This document shows positions 38,425 to 50,571 of a stretch of DNA of 64,000 nt, one piece after another. Numbering within the stretch: the stretch's first letter is position 1; each line of letters starts with the position of its first letter. The DNA is from Piromyces finnis finn (taxonomy: Eukaryota; Fungi; Neocallimastigomycota). The stretch spans positions 186,001-250,000 of the forward strand of contig MCFH01000021.1 of assembly GCA_002104945.1 (NCBI GenBank). Direction: 5' to 3'. The translations under genes were made by a program, and so were the position numbers. The notes beneath the pieces are model-generated. The model searched no databases and was not told where the DNA came from. It was given only the letters and a program-made list of their open reading frames with translations.

Positions 38425-39560
38425 TTTACTTTCTATTTAAATGATGTAATAGAAGAATGTGTTGCTTTTTTAATGAGACATCGAACTAAAACAGTTACTA
38501 TTCATTTAAAGGAAGAAAGAATTGTAGAAAAAACTAAAAATCTTGGTGATTTGCTTGTTAAATATACAATTTTAAATAATGATTATGGAAATATTTTTTA
38601 TACTAGTATTACTATTCCAACTCTTGATAAAGTAAGGGGTAAAATAGTAATTCTTGCTAAACGTGGATATAAACGTTGTTATGTTGTAATAATCAAAATA
38701 ATCTAGTTAAATATGCTGATGAAAATAGTAATTAGGATATAGAAACTTATAAAGATAAAAATGAATTTTGTGGTATTGGTTATGAGAGATGTTCATTTAG
38801 CACTTTTGGTTATAGTTGTTGTTCATCTGTAAATCCTGAAATTGTTACTCCTGATAACTTGGTGATTGGGGATATGAAGATGGCCAATAGTGTAGTATTG
38901 GTGAAGCTATTGTAGATTCAACCATCCGTATTAAAAACAGAAAGACTCAACAATATCTTATTTCTAATTTACATTCTGATACTATTATACTTTTAATGGG
39001 TGATTGTAATCACAGCATTTTGACTTTTGAAAGTGAATTACTAGTTCTAGATGCAACTGGTAAATATATATATGCTATGAATTCTCAAGATCCTAGAATG
39101 GTTGATTGCAATAATGCTGATGAACAAATTAATCATTATATTCATTTCAAAATAATTGATAGTAAATTTATTTGTATTAAGAATAGTATAGATCCAGAAG
39201 ATCGTTGTTTAACTGCTAATACTAAGAAAAGTAACAGCTTGAAATTTAAAGCAAGCAAAGATGAATGTTCCAAATAGTATATTGAATGATGGAATGATAA
39301 GGTTGAAAAAATAGTTAGAAATAATCCATATTTAGCCTTTGGTGAATTTAAACCTAATTAATACCACAACTTTAGATTAAACATCTACATCAACTCATAT
39401 TTTTAATTGTTCTTTCAAAATTATCTCTAAAGGTTATTCATGTTGTCCTCATGAAATTATTGAAGTATCTTTCACTGATGAAGATGGTGAATGGGGATAT
39501 AATTATGAAAAAGATTATATATACAAGAAGATAGTAGAACATCTTGTAGGACTGTAGATA
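38425..39560 (+). pseudogene. Decayed secreted multidomain gene: bacterial-type PI-PLC X-domain fragment - 2 fungal dockerins - ricin-B-like beta-trefoil - dockerin
   Basis: YLNDVIEECVAFL..TKTVTIHLKEE and IPTLDKVRGKIVIL (PI-PLC X); GYSCCSS..GDWGYEDGQ*CSIG and GYSCCPHEIIEVSFTDEDGEWG (dockerin); IRIKNRKTQQYL..CLTAN (trefoil-like). Several stops and frameshifts. Confidence 0.75.
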
Positions 39561-40656
39561 TACACTATCATTCAGTGATATTGAATATGCTATTTTTGAT
39601 TTGGTAACTTATATTTTTTAGTGACGAATAATTTATTGAAATTTGATGTGTGATAGGTATCGTTGAAAAATGATATTTTTACTTTGTTATGTAGTATCCT
39701 GTTATATTATAATTATTTCTTATTCTATTAATAAGCAAGCATCGTTTTAATATAAATACGAATGTCAATTTTTTACAATTTTGTAATAATCTTTTAATTA
39801 CAAGTAATTATCAAAACAAAATATTTAAATTAATGTTTATCATTATAAAAAAAACTAAAATATATAAAACATTTTAACCATATTTTTAAATATTAATAAA
39901 TATCTTCTTAAGATAAATGTAGAAAATAGTGGTTTAATAATAAAAACATAAAAACGTTTTTTTTTTTTTTTTTTTTTTTTTTTGATGTAAAAAAGTATAC
40001 CATTTTTATAAAGTTTTTTTATATAAAATGTCCTTTTTAATTATTTTGTGTTTTATTAATTACTTTTTATATAATATCTTTATGTTTAAAAATTACATAA
40101 ATTATAAATATATATGTATCTTAAGTTTATATTTAAAATGTAATTTATATATTTTCATTTTAAATTGTGATTTGTATTATTAAAAGCTATTACACCACAT
40201 ATACACAAAAAAAAAAAAAAAAAAAAAAAGAATCATTTTAATAATATAAAAAAGTAAAAAGAGGTAATTAATATATACTATAATATAGTTAATTAAGATT
40301 ATTCAATAGTTTATTATTTTTATAAATTATGCTTAACTAATTAATTAAACTAGAAAGTGATTGCTTAATTCTAAATTCTTTTAATTAGTATTTCTTCATT
40401 GATGATATATAAATAATATGGTTGCTTTTCATTATTAATAAATTAAATATATTATATTTGTAATGATAATTACATATAAAAAGATTATTTTATTTATTAT
40501 CATTTGCTAAATTCACTTATTTTTGAATGTTGCGCTTTTTCATATGTATTTTTCATTAATTTTTTATGACCTGGTTGACCTAATAATTTATTGAAATGAA
40601 AATAAAAATTATTAATTTTAATAATCTTAGATTTAAATATATAATAATGAAAGCAT

Positions 40657-41765
40657 TTAAATTGTTATATACATACTGTAGAGATAGGTAGAAAACATAA
40701 CTAAACAACAACCAAAACTGAATAATCGGGTTATATGGAATTCAAAAAGGAAATATGAAACAATACAAGATAATATGATAGAAATTGAATTAGCAAAGTC
40801 TTTTAAAATATTGTCCGCATACTTAACAACAAATGCAACAATAATACCACCATAAGCTTGACAAATAATAGTTAAAACAGTCCAATAACTGTATCCACTA
40901 AAGAATCCCTTCTCCTTAATAGTTTTACCATCTAATAATAAACAACCAATAATGAATCCTGGAATAACAGAAAAAAGGGAGAGTTGAACATTTCTGGCCC
41001 AAAGTGTAGTCTTACTATTCTTAAGTATTTTTTCAAAGTAAACACCAGCAAATCCAGAAGATAAACATGCAATGAAAATAGAAAAAACTCCAAGAAAATT
41101 ATCAAATATTTCAGTACTATTTGTAGCGGAAGCTGTTTTATTTCCAGTTGGAAATTGAACCATGGTAATACCTGCTGCTAATAATACAATAGATGACCAT
41201 TGATGTTTATATAATTTACGCTTTAATAACAAAACAGAAAATAATGCAGTCATTATAAGTTTCATTTTATAAGTAATTTGATAGGTAGCAACATCTAATT
41301 TTGATGCGGCAAAATATTGAATATTATTTTGAATAAGATAAAGAACAGCTGGTATCATAATTTTTTTGCAATCTGAATCTTTTCCAAAAAGTTCATTCAT
41401 CATTATTTTAAAGGAATATTTTTCAGGGTGTGTTATTTCTTTTTTTCTGCAGCATATATGTATTATCATTGATACTATTAATTTTAATACTTCTGAACAG
41501 ACAACAGCTGTTGAAGAAAGATATTTATCTGGTAAAGTTTTTGAATGACGCATAACAGAAACTGTTATATTGTTTTGAATAACCAAAATAAATAGACTAA
41601 TCCATTTTATATTACCTATTTTATTATATAAAATTTTTTATGTATTTTTCAAAATAAATAAAAGTAATAAATACTTAATTTTTAGTTATTACTTATAAAG
41701 TATTCTTTCTATAGAATGTTTTTTTTTTTAAAAAAAAGAAACAAATAAAAAAAGATATTTACCAT
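40657..41765 (-). CDS. Nucleotide-sugar transporter (SLC35A / UDP-galactose transporter family); two 5' micro-exons plus one long exon
   Basis: KWISLFILVIQN, STAVVCSEVLKLI, IPAVLYLIQNNIQY..LDVATYQITY.MKL..TA.FS, SSGFAGVYFEKILK, LWARNVQL, GGIIVAFVVKYADNILKDFA. Confidence 0.9.
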
Positions 41766-43769
41766 TCATCTTATTTGTACTTTTAATAAAATATAAGATA
41801 TTATTATTTAAATAGTGATTTTTGTTTATAAACAATAAAACAGAGTTGAATGTTAATAATAATATATATTTAGTTTTATAAATTATAGTTATTCATACAC
41901 ATATATATATATTTATTATTATTATTATTTTTTTTTTTTGACTTTTTTTTTTTTTATTTCATAATTAAATTATTAATATATTAAATTACCTCTTCTATTA
42001 CCTTTTCTCTTTTTTCGTTGATAATAACTTTATAATGTAAAATATGAAAGAATAATAAAAAGCTTTCAGAACAAAAAAAAAAAGTTTTTGCTGAGTCTTT
42101 TTTTTATTTAAAAAATCTTAATATTATTTTTTAAATTAAATTTTAATATTAAAATTTAAATTAAAAAAAAGTGTTTTAATTTAATTTAAATATTTAATAT
42201 TATAATTTTTATTTTAATTTTTATATTTTATTTATTCTGTTAAATAATAATGATAATAATAATAGTGATAATAAAATTGTACTTAATGTAATAGAACTTT
42301 TTGAAAGTAAAAGTAAAAGTTATAAAAATATTATCAAAATATATTATCTTGATCATTTAAAGACTTTCTTTAGTTTTTTAAAAACAAATTATGTGAATTT
42401 TTGAATGATACTATGATAAGTTTAAAATTAGATACTTCATAAATGTATTCAAGAAATGAAGATATTAAATTGATGTATATTTCATAAAATCAATAATAGT
42501 ATTACTTTGTAAAAATAAGAAATTGAATCCTCTTATATTAATCATATCACTTAAAATAAGAGTATTTGTGAAAACATTAGTTATATAAACAAACTTTACA
42601 CAAAAAAATATAAAACCCCATGCTTTTTTTTTTTTTTTTTTTTTTTTTGTATCAAAATTTAAAACATTGATTTCCAGTAAATATAAAAATTAGTAATAAA
42701 ACACTCTATTAATATTTCTTTTATTTAAATAGAAAACTAATGCATTATTTCTTTATTATGAAAAACAAAATGTTCCAATCTAATAAAATTTTTCTAGATA
42801 TTAATATTTTGAGATACTATGAAAATATTTGAAATAAATTGATTATAAGTGAGATACTATGTTTATTAGTATAGCCCATTAAATCATTTTATATTAAGTT
42901 TATAAACTGAAAAAAATTAAATATCGAAATAAATCATACATGAATTTCAAATCAGAACTATCATTTCTAAAAGAGATGGAATGTTATTTCTTTAAAATAA
43001 TATTTCAAAATAATTAATAAAAATTTCATTTGAAAAACTTTTTATAATATGAGGTTTTTAATATTGCTAATAATAATAAAAAAAAAAGGGTACAATTAAC
43101 TTCAATATGTCAATTAATTTAAATAATAAATATAATGCTTTGTTTTTTTGCTACTTTTCATTATATGAATTATATAATTATTACTTTCCTTTAATATGTT
43201 TTCAAATATTTATTTTAAAATTATTATTTTAATTATTAAACTAAATGTAGACACTTGCATCATTTCGGAAAATTTAGTGTATTGAATTTATTTGTTAGTA
43301 AACTTTTCATTAAAAAAAGCTAGTTTTTCAAAAACACAAAATGAGCAACATCCAAATTTTTTTTTTTTATTTTTTAAATTTTATTTAAAAATTTTGTAAC
43401 TTTTACTAAAATTGAAAATATAATATAAAAAATTTTTTTGTTCCTCTTTAACACAAGTTAACTTTTTTTTTTTTTTTTTTTTTTTCGCTTTCTTGATATT
43501 TTATTTTGTAATAAAGTATAGATTGATTGTCAATGATAAATAAATATTAATTAAATTTTAAAGAGATACTATTGTAATTGTAATAGAAAGGAATATATAA
43601 ATTACATATTTATTTTTCTTTTAATATTAAACCAATAGTCATTAATGTTATTTAAATGTTATTATTACTATAAATATATACTATAAATATAAATATTAAA
43701 TATTTTATAGCCATATCTTTTTTTTTTTTTTTTTTTATTTTTTCATTACTTTCAATGTAATTACTATTA

Positions 43770-44357
43770 AAAGTGAAAAACCTAAAACCTAGGAATAGAA
43801 CAATAATAACAATTTTAAGGATAAAATATAGAACTTTTTATAATAACTGATACTTTTAATATTTCAATTTTGTTATAATTTTATTTTAATATTATTTCAA
43901 TTTTAAATTTTAATTTATAAGTTATTATACATTTAACTATAGTATAGTTTATAATAATTTTGTTTAAATTCGAACATTTTGAAAGAAGATAAGTACTATA
44001 GTATAATTATAATTTGTTCTTTTAATTTTAACAAATAATAACAATAATAATAGTAATATTTAATAATTAAAATAATAATACATAATACATGTAATAAGTA
44101 AAAAATTCATAAAAGGAAGATAAAATTTCTTTTTTATGAAGACGGACAATAAATAGACAATAAATAAATAGTAAAAATATAATAAAGAGATAGTTTAAAA
44201 ACATAATTAAAGAGTTTATTTGAGAGTTTTAAAGAGATTTATTTGCTAGTTATAGAACGTATTTTGTTTTATATTTATTATTTCATCATTCTTAGAATTT
44301 ATTATTTATTAAATAAATATATTATTCAAAAATATATCGGTCAATACATCATGATTT
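43770..44357 (+). repeat. Diverged, internally deleted partial copy of the AT-rich element
   Basis: AAAACCTAGGAATAGAACAATAATAACAATTTTAAG (cf. 32327) through ATATATCGGTCAATACATCATGAT (cf. 32974). Confidence 0.85.
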
Positions 44358-44405
44358 GAATAGGCTTTATAGTTATATATAAACTTTACCACTTTTCTAT
44401 TATGT

Positions 44406-44448
44406 GAAGATATTAACTGAATTTATTCTAAATTCAGATAATATCTTC
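44406..44448. other. Near-perfect 20-bp inverted repeat (hairpin, 3-nt loop)
   Basis: GAAGATATTAACTGAATTTA-TTC-TAAATTCAGATAATATCTTC, 19/20 complementary. Confidence 0.95.
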
Positions 44449-46590
44449 TATTTCAACTAATACAAAATTTATAATTTAAACAATTCAAATTATTATTTTA
44501 AAACACCTTTAAAAGTCCCACTTTTGATATTTGATTAAATTAAAGGGTTAAGATTTTAAAAATTTAATTTAAATATATTGTAACTTTTAACCGAAAAAAT
44601 TAATAAACACAAGCAAGATATAACTTGTCATAAACAGACTAGTATTTCTGAAAAACATAAAGATAAATTATATTTTGGTAAAATATCAGAATTTTTAACT
44701 GTTTATTTGAGAAGGTTATGATCATTTGAACATTTTAATAAATTAATTATACTTTGATCAAAATTCAAACTACAATGGGAATTTTAGTATAAAATATGTT
44801 AATGACAAAATGATTATTAAACTTGACTTTTAAAATTATAATAGTTATTTAATTATAACGAATATGTTACTATGTTGTTATCAATTCAATTAATAATGAT
44901 GATTTATTAATTAATTAATTAAATAACTTTTATAATTACTATTTATGATCAAATGCATAAATGATTAATCATAAGTAATAAGTTTATTTAATATTTATAC
45001 AATACAAAAGTCTTATTATTTATTTAACTATATTATTAACATATAACAAAAAATGTTCTTATTCTTATATTACTCAAATTAATAATTTAATAATTTGAAT
45101 AAAGAATAAAAAAAAGTTAAATTCGATTATATTCTTTGTTAAATTTATAATTATAATCTATATTATATAGTTACTTAATATTACATTACTTATATTATTA
45201 TCTAAATAAAAAATTATAGTAAAATTACTTTAAAAACAAATATTAATTTTCTTATTTGGAAGCTTTAAGTGTGTTTTATATTTAAATATACTATATAAAA
45301 ATAAATTATCTTTTTTCACATTTCAAAATTATTGAACTTCTTTTAATTATATAAATGTATTTATAAATGATTGTCAATTAAATTTTAATATTTTTATTTT
45401 TTCTTTTTTAATTTAAAAAACGATATAATATTTATTGAATATATTTTTTTATTATAAATATTTATTTTGTATTATTATTCTATTCATATTATTATATGAA
45501 GTAAATAAAGATTTGAATTAATAATGAAACAATTATTAATAAATCAATTTTACAATTATTCTTTTATCAAAACTTACTACTGAAAATGTACTTTAATTAA
45601 TAAACTTTATAAGCAACCACAAAATTACCAAATGAAGTTTATTTAAAAAACTTTATTGTATGTATCATTTTACTGAAAATACTTTATAAAATAAATATAT
45701 ATATATTTATATGAATTATAATAAATTTGAATAATTCATACAAAAAAAAAAAAAAAAAAAAAACTATATTAATATAGAAATATAGAATATTACTTGATGA
45801 ATTAAAAATTGAAATATAATATATAATCTAAAACAATAAACTACTTCAAATAGTCGTTTGATAATAATAATTTATTATTAGTGATATATTAGGATGATTT
45901 ATTAAATTATTCTATTTTCAAAAAAAAAAAAAAATAACTGCAATTTTAATAATATTAATATAATTTTTAGTATAACATTATAAGAATATTTATTATATTT
46001 TATTTTGCAATAATTATAATTAAAATATTAAATAATTTTTAGTTATAATAGTTTAAAAGATGGAAGATGGAAATTTAAAAATCTTTATTTTTTTATTCTA
46101 AAATCTTAAATACTATAATATATATTTTATTAATATTAGAAAATAAATATATTTAGGATTTAAAAGTATATTTTTAATATCTTTGGGACAAATTATTTTA
46201 TTTCTAAGGATAATGATTTCTCTATATATTTTATTATTAAAAATATACTTTTTTATTGTTTAATTTTTATTAAATAATTTTTATTTCAAAAAATTTAAAA
46301 TTTCATATTTTATATAAATTTATTTTTTTATTTATTGTACTGTAATTTGCAACTGAAATAATTATTCCAATAACAATAACAAAAATAAATATTGACGGAA
46401 TATTACTGATTTTTTAATATTAATGTTTATAAATATATGAGAAAAGAAAGTAATAATAATAATAATAATAAAAAAAAATAAAATAGAATTTGAATATTTA
46501 TATAAAAAATTTATTTATATATAAAATATCTTTATTAATAAAATAATACCTTATTAAAGATATTTATTATTACCATTCCAATATAAGTAA

Positions 46591-49500
46591 ATGAATGCTA
46601 AAAACAGTAATCAATTGTTATACGATGACCAATCGTATATCAAAAAGAAAATAGTATGTTCGTAAATTATACAATAATATACATAATTAAATATAAACGT
46701 TTTAATATTAATAAAAATATAATATTTGTAATAATATTTTAAGAATGCTTTATATGCATTAATGTTTACTGTATCATCTAGAACAAAATTACACCCAATA
46801 ATTAGTTGCATATTAATATTTTTAGAGGGTATTCATTATTATTAAAGCATTCACATTTATTCAAAATAATTATATAAATGTTATTAAAAACTTACTCCAT
46901 GTTAAATTAATTTCTATTTGTATTATTATAAGATGTTCAACTTATTTATTACGCAGTGTATAATAAATCAATAATAAATTTATATGAAAATATAAGAAAT
47001 ATAATTACTTTTGTTGCATTTGATAATGTAAATTATCAATTTTTTTGTAAGTATTATTATAATTATAATTGAATAATTATTTATATAATATTATATTGAA
47101 AGTTTTATTAATGTTACAATACAATTTTTATATTGGTTCAATTTATTTTATACAGTATATTGTAATACAGGATTGGAACTACTAATTATTGCTTTATCAT
47201 TAATCATAGGTATACATTTAAGAGTATTTAGAATAGATTATTATTTCCAAATATTTAAATTAATTATTAAAATAATTTTTAAGCAATTTATGTATTATTT
47301 GTTCCATCCTCTAAGTATGCCTTAAAATAATTAAAATAAAGATAATTAAACCATATCATTTTATTTAATATTAATTTTTTTTAATAATTATAGATATAAG
47401 GAAAATATAGTAATCAAAGTAAGGATATTCAATTACATTTCTAAACTTTATAAATTAATGCTATTATGCTATTATATAGATATTTTTATTATTAAATAAA
47501 AGCATTTAATAAAAATATATATAATATATAAATTATTTAAATAAATTTAGTGTTTAAGGATATTTACAGTCTTATTATATACGTATGTTTTGAAATTTAT
47601 TTTATATAATAAATAAAAAATATGAGACACTATTAATAATATTAAAAAAATCTTTTTCTATTTTATCATATTTTTATTTTTTGTACTAATTATTTTGTAC
47701 TAATCATTAGTGTTCTTTTCCCTGTTTGTATGTAAAATAATAATAAAAATAAATATTGATAAATATTCCTCAAGTAATTAAATGATAAAATATTATATTA
47801 AGGTTGCCATTTATTTGCAAAAAGCTTAATTCCAAAAGATGGTAAATTATATGATTATCCTGATGTACCTTATTTTGGAAATAATATAATGCTGTAAGCA
47901 TCTTTATAATAAAATTATATTGTTTAGTAAAAATTTATAATTTTAATAATAATATATACATACTTTTATTATAGATTTGCTTTAAAAATAATATCATTTA
48001 TCTGCTTTTTATTTCTCCAGTTGTGTATTGTATGTAATAATATAAAATATACTTTCTTTTAATATTTTCATTTTATTAATTTAACTTAAATATTAATGTA
48101 TTATACTATATTTAGTTACCTTTTATATTTGTTAATCCTACACCTTTCAAAAAGAATAATTCTTTATGCCAATCATATTCTTTTATAACCTTTAAATATA
48201 ATTGTATAATAATCAGTTTTGTAAGTTTATATATACAAATTAAATTAATAATATTAAAATATTTATTACTTTGACTATATTTAATAAATTAATATTTTTT
48301 TTTACAATTATAAAAGAGTTTTTTAACATTAATATTAAAAACATATTTAGAAAAAATTTCAAGCTATATATGTATATTACTATTTTTAATGATGCTATTT
48401 TTGTTATCTGATTTCTTAAATTCTCAGCCATTTTATAATATATATCTAAATATGACTAGATCAAGTACATGGATAATGTTTATATCATTATGTTTAGTAA
48501 ACTTAATATCTTATCTATTTGGCCATGATAAACCCTTTTTTGGTGTATTATTAATAATAATCGGAATATGTTCATTTTTTGTTGGTTTGTTTATATGTAA
48601 AATCAAATTCAAAAAACATATTGAAGGGATCTATAAAAGATTTAAACAGAAAAAGATTGAAGATAGATTAAGATATAAAAGAGAAAATGGAATCGAAAGT
48701 TCAAATGATTCAGAAGAAGGCAAATCTCTGGAAGAAAAAGAAGATAATTTAATATCAGTGGATTCATATGATTCAAGCGAAAACAGTAGTAATAAGGAGA
48801 ACAAAAAGTCTGATAAAATTGAATTAAGTAGTGAAGGTGAAAGTGAAGAATACGAAAATAATTCTGAAAATGAATCAGTTAGTGATAATTTTCAATTAAA
48901 TGATAGAATCTCTGAAAAAATTTCATCTTTTGGAGAAATAAGAGATATAAGTAATAAATTTAATAAGTTACCTTTTTTGCTTTGTTTATTATTAACTAAC
49001 TTTAAATATATTATTATTATATTATTATTACATATATGTTATATATGTTAGTTGATACAAATGTGTTAAATGAACCTGTAATCGTATTTAATAATTTTAA
49101 TGAACTTGAATTGGCTTGTAGATTTATTAGGTTAGATAAATAGGGAACTATATTTTATTATATTGATAGAGTTATTTTTATAATTAATATATAAAATTTA
49201 TTATATCAAAATTAGAACTAATGAAACTAATGAAGCTTTCCAGTTAATGAAAGAGTTATATGAAGAAAGGTATTTATATTATTTACCATAATAAATATTT
49301 TTGTATTTTTTTTTGTGATTAATTTTATTTAATATTCTCTATAAATTCGATTAATATATAAAATATAATAGTATCAAACAATATAAAAAAGACCCATATG
49401 TAAGATGTCATACCTTATATTAAATAATATAGAAGTTAAAGTGAAAAACTAATAAAATGTAATTTTAATGTAATTTATAGCTTTATACATATTATGCATA

Positions 49501-50529
49501 TTATTTATTATATATAAGTGAAAGAACATCCAAAGACGATGATAATACAATAAAGAAAGTAAAAGAAGATTCAGATTCGATTGATGAAGGTAGCTTTGAA
49601 GGAAGTGGTGATAGTTACATTACTAGTGATGATAATGAAGACTCATCAAATGAAGAAGATGAAGATAAAAATAAAGATGAAAATGAAGATAAAAATGAGA
49701 ATGAGAATGATAATGATAATGAAAAGGATAAAAATAATATAATTTATAATGAAGATAATAATAATCCTGATAATTTATTATCAAAAGCATTAGCTGGAAA
49801 GCTAAATTTCCTGGGAAAATATTTCGTTAGATATTTATTTTTCGAAATTAGAGAAAAGAAGAAAGAAGAAAAAGATTATTATAAAAAGTAAATAAATATA
49901 CTATATAAAAATATAAAATATTATAAATAAATCATTTTTTAATATAAAATATAATTAAAATTATAAAGAGAGGCACTTGAATTATTGGTTAACCTACAAC
50001 GCAATGCAGTCGAAGAACATGTTACTATTTTAAATCTACTTAAGAAATTCTTTACAAACATAAAATATTTGAATAGTAATAGAAGTAATAATGAAAACTT
50101 TGATATTGATCAGTATCTTGAACTTATTTATAACTTAAAGAAAAAAACATTAAAACTTTACCAAAATCTTATTTCCAAATATCCTGATGAAAAAAGTACA
50201 TATCAATTATACACATTATTTATGACTGAAATTATTGTATGTATATTTTTATATAATAATATAATAATATAAAATATATATTATTACTAATTTTTTTATT
50301 TTTATATTAAAATTTTTTATTTTTAGAATCAAAGCGATGTAGATGTAATATAATTAAAATATATAAATGAATATTTATAATAAAATTAATTGCTTAATAT
50401 TTTTAATAAATTAATATTTATAATATAATTATTGTTTCCAAAACTTTAATATCTATAGAAATCTATGTTAAGTGAAGGGGTAACTATATAATTTAATAGA
50501 AAATTTAATAGAAAATTTAATAGAAATTA

Positions 50530-50571
<42 letters not shown>

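Noticed and set aside
38720-39300. RIP-like CpA-to-TpA signature from TGG-to-TAG and CAA-to-TAA stops
   Set aside because: Ascertainment bias: transition-generated stops necessarily arise in these contexts. Copy-to-copy differences point to CpG rather than CpA.
50492-50570. (A)40 with a 12-bp triple repeat in an intron as a truncated retro-insertion
   Set aside because: No TSD and no similarity to the LINE 3' UTR; long homopolymers are common throughout this window.
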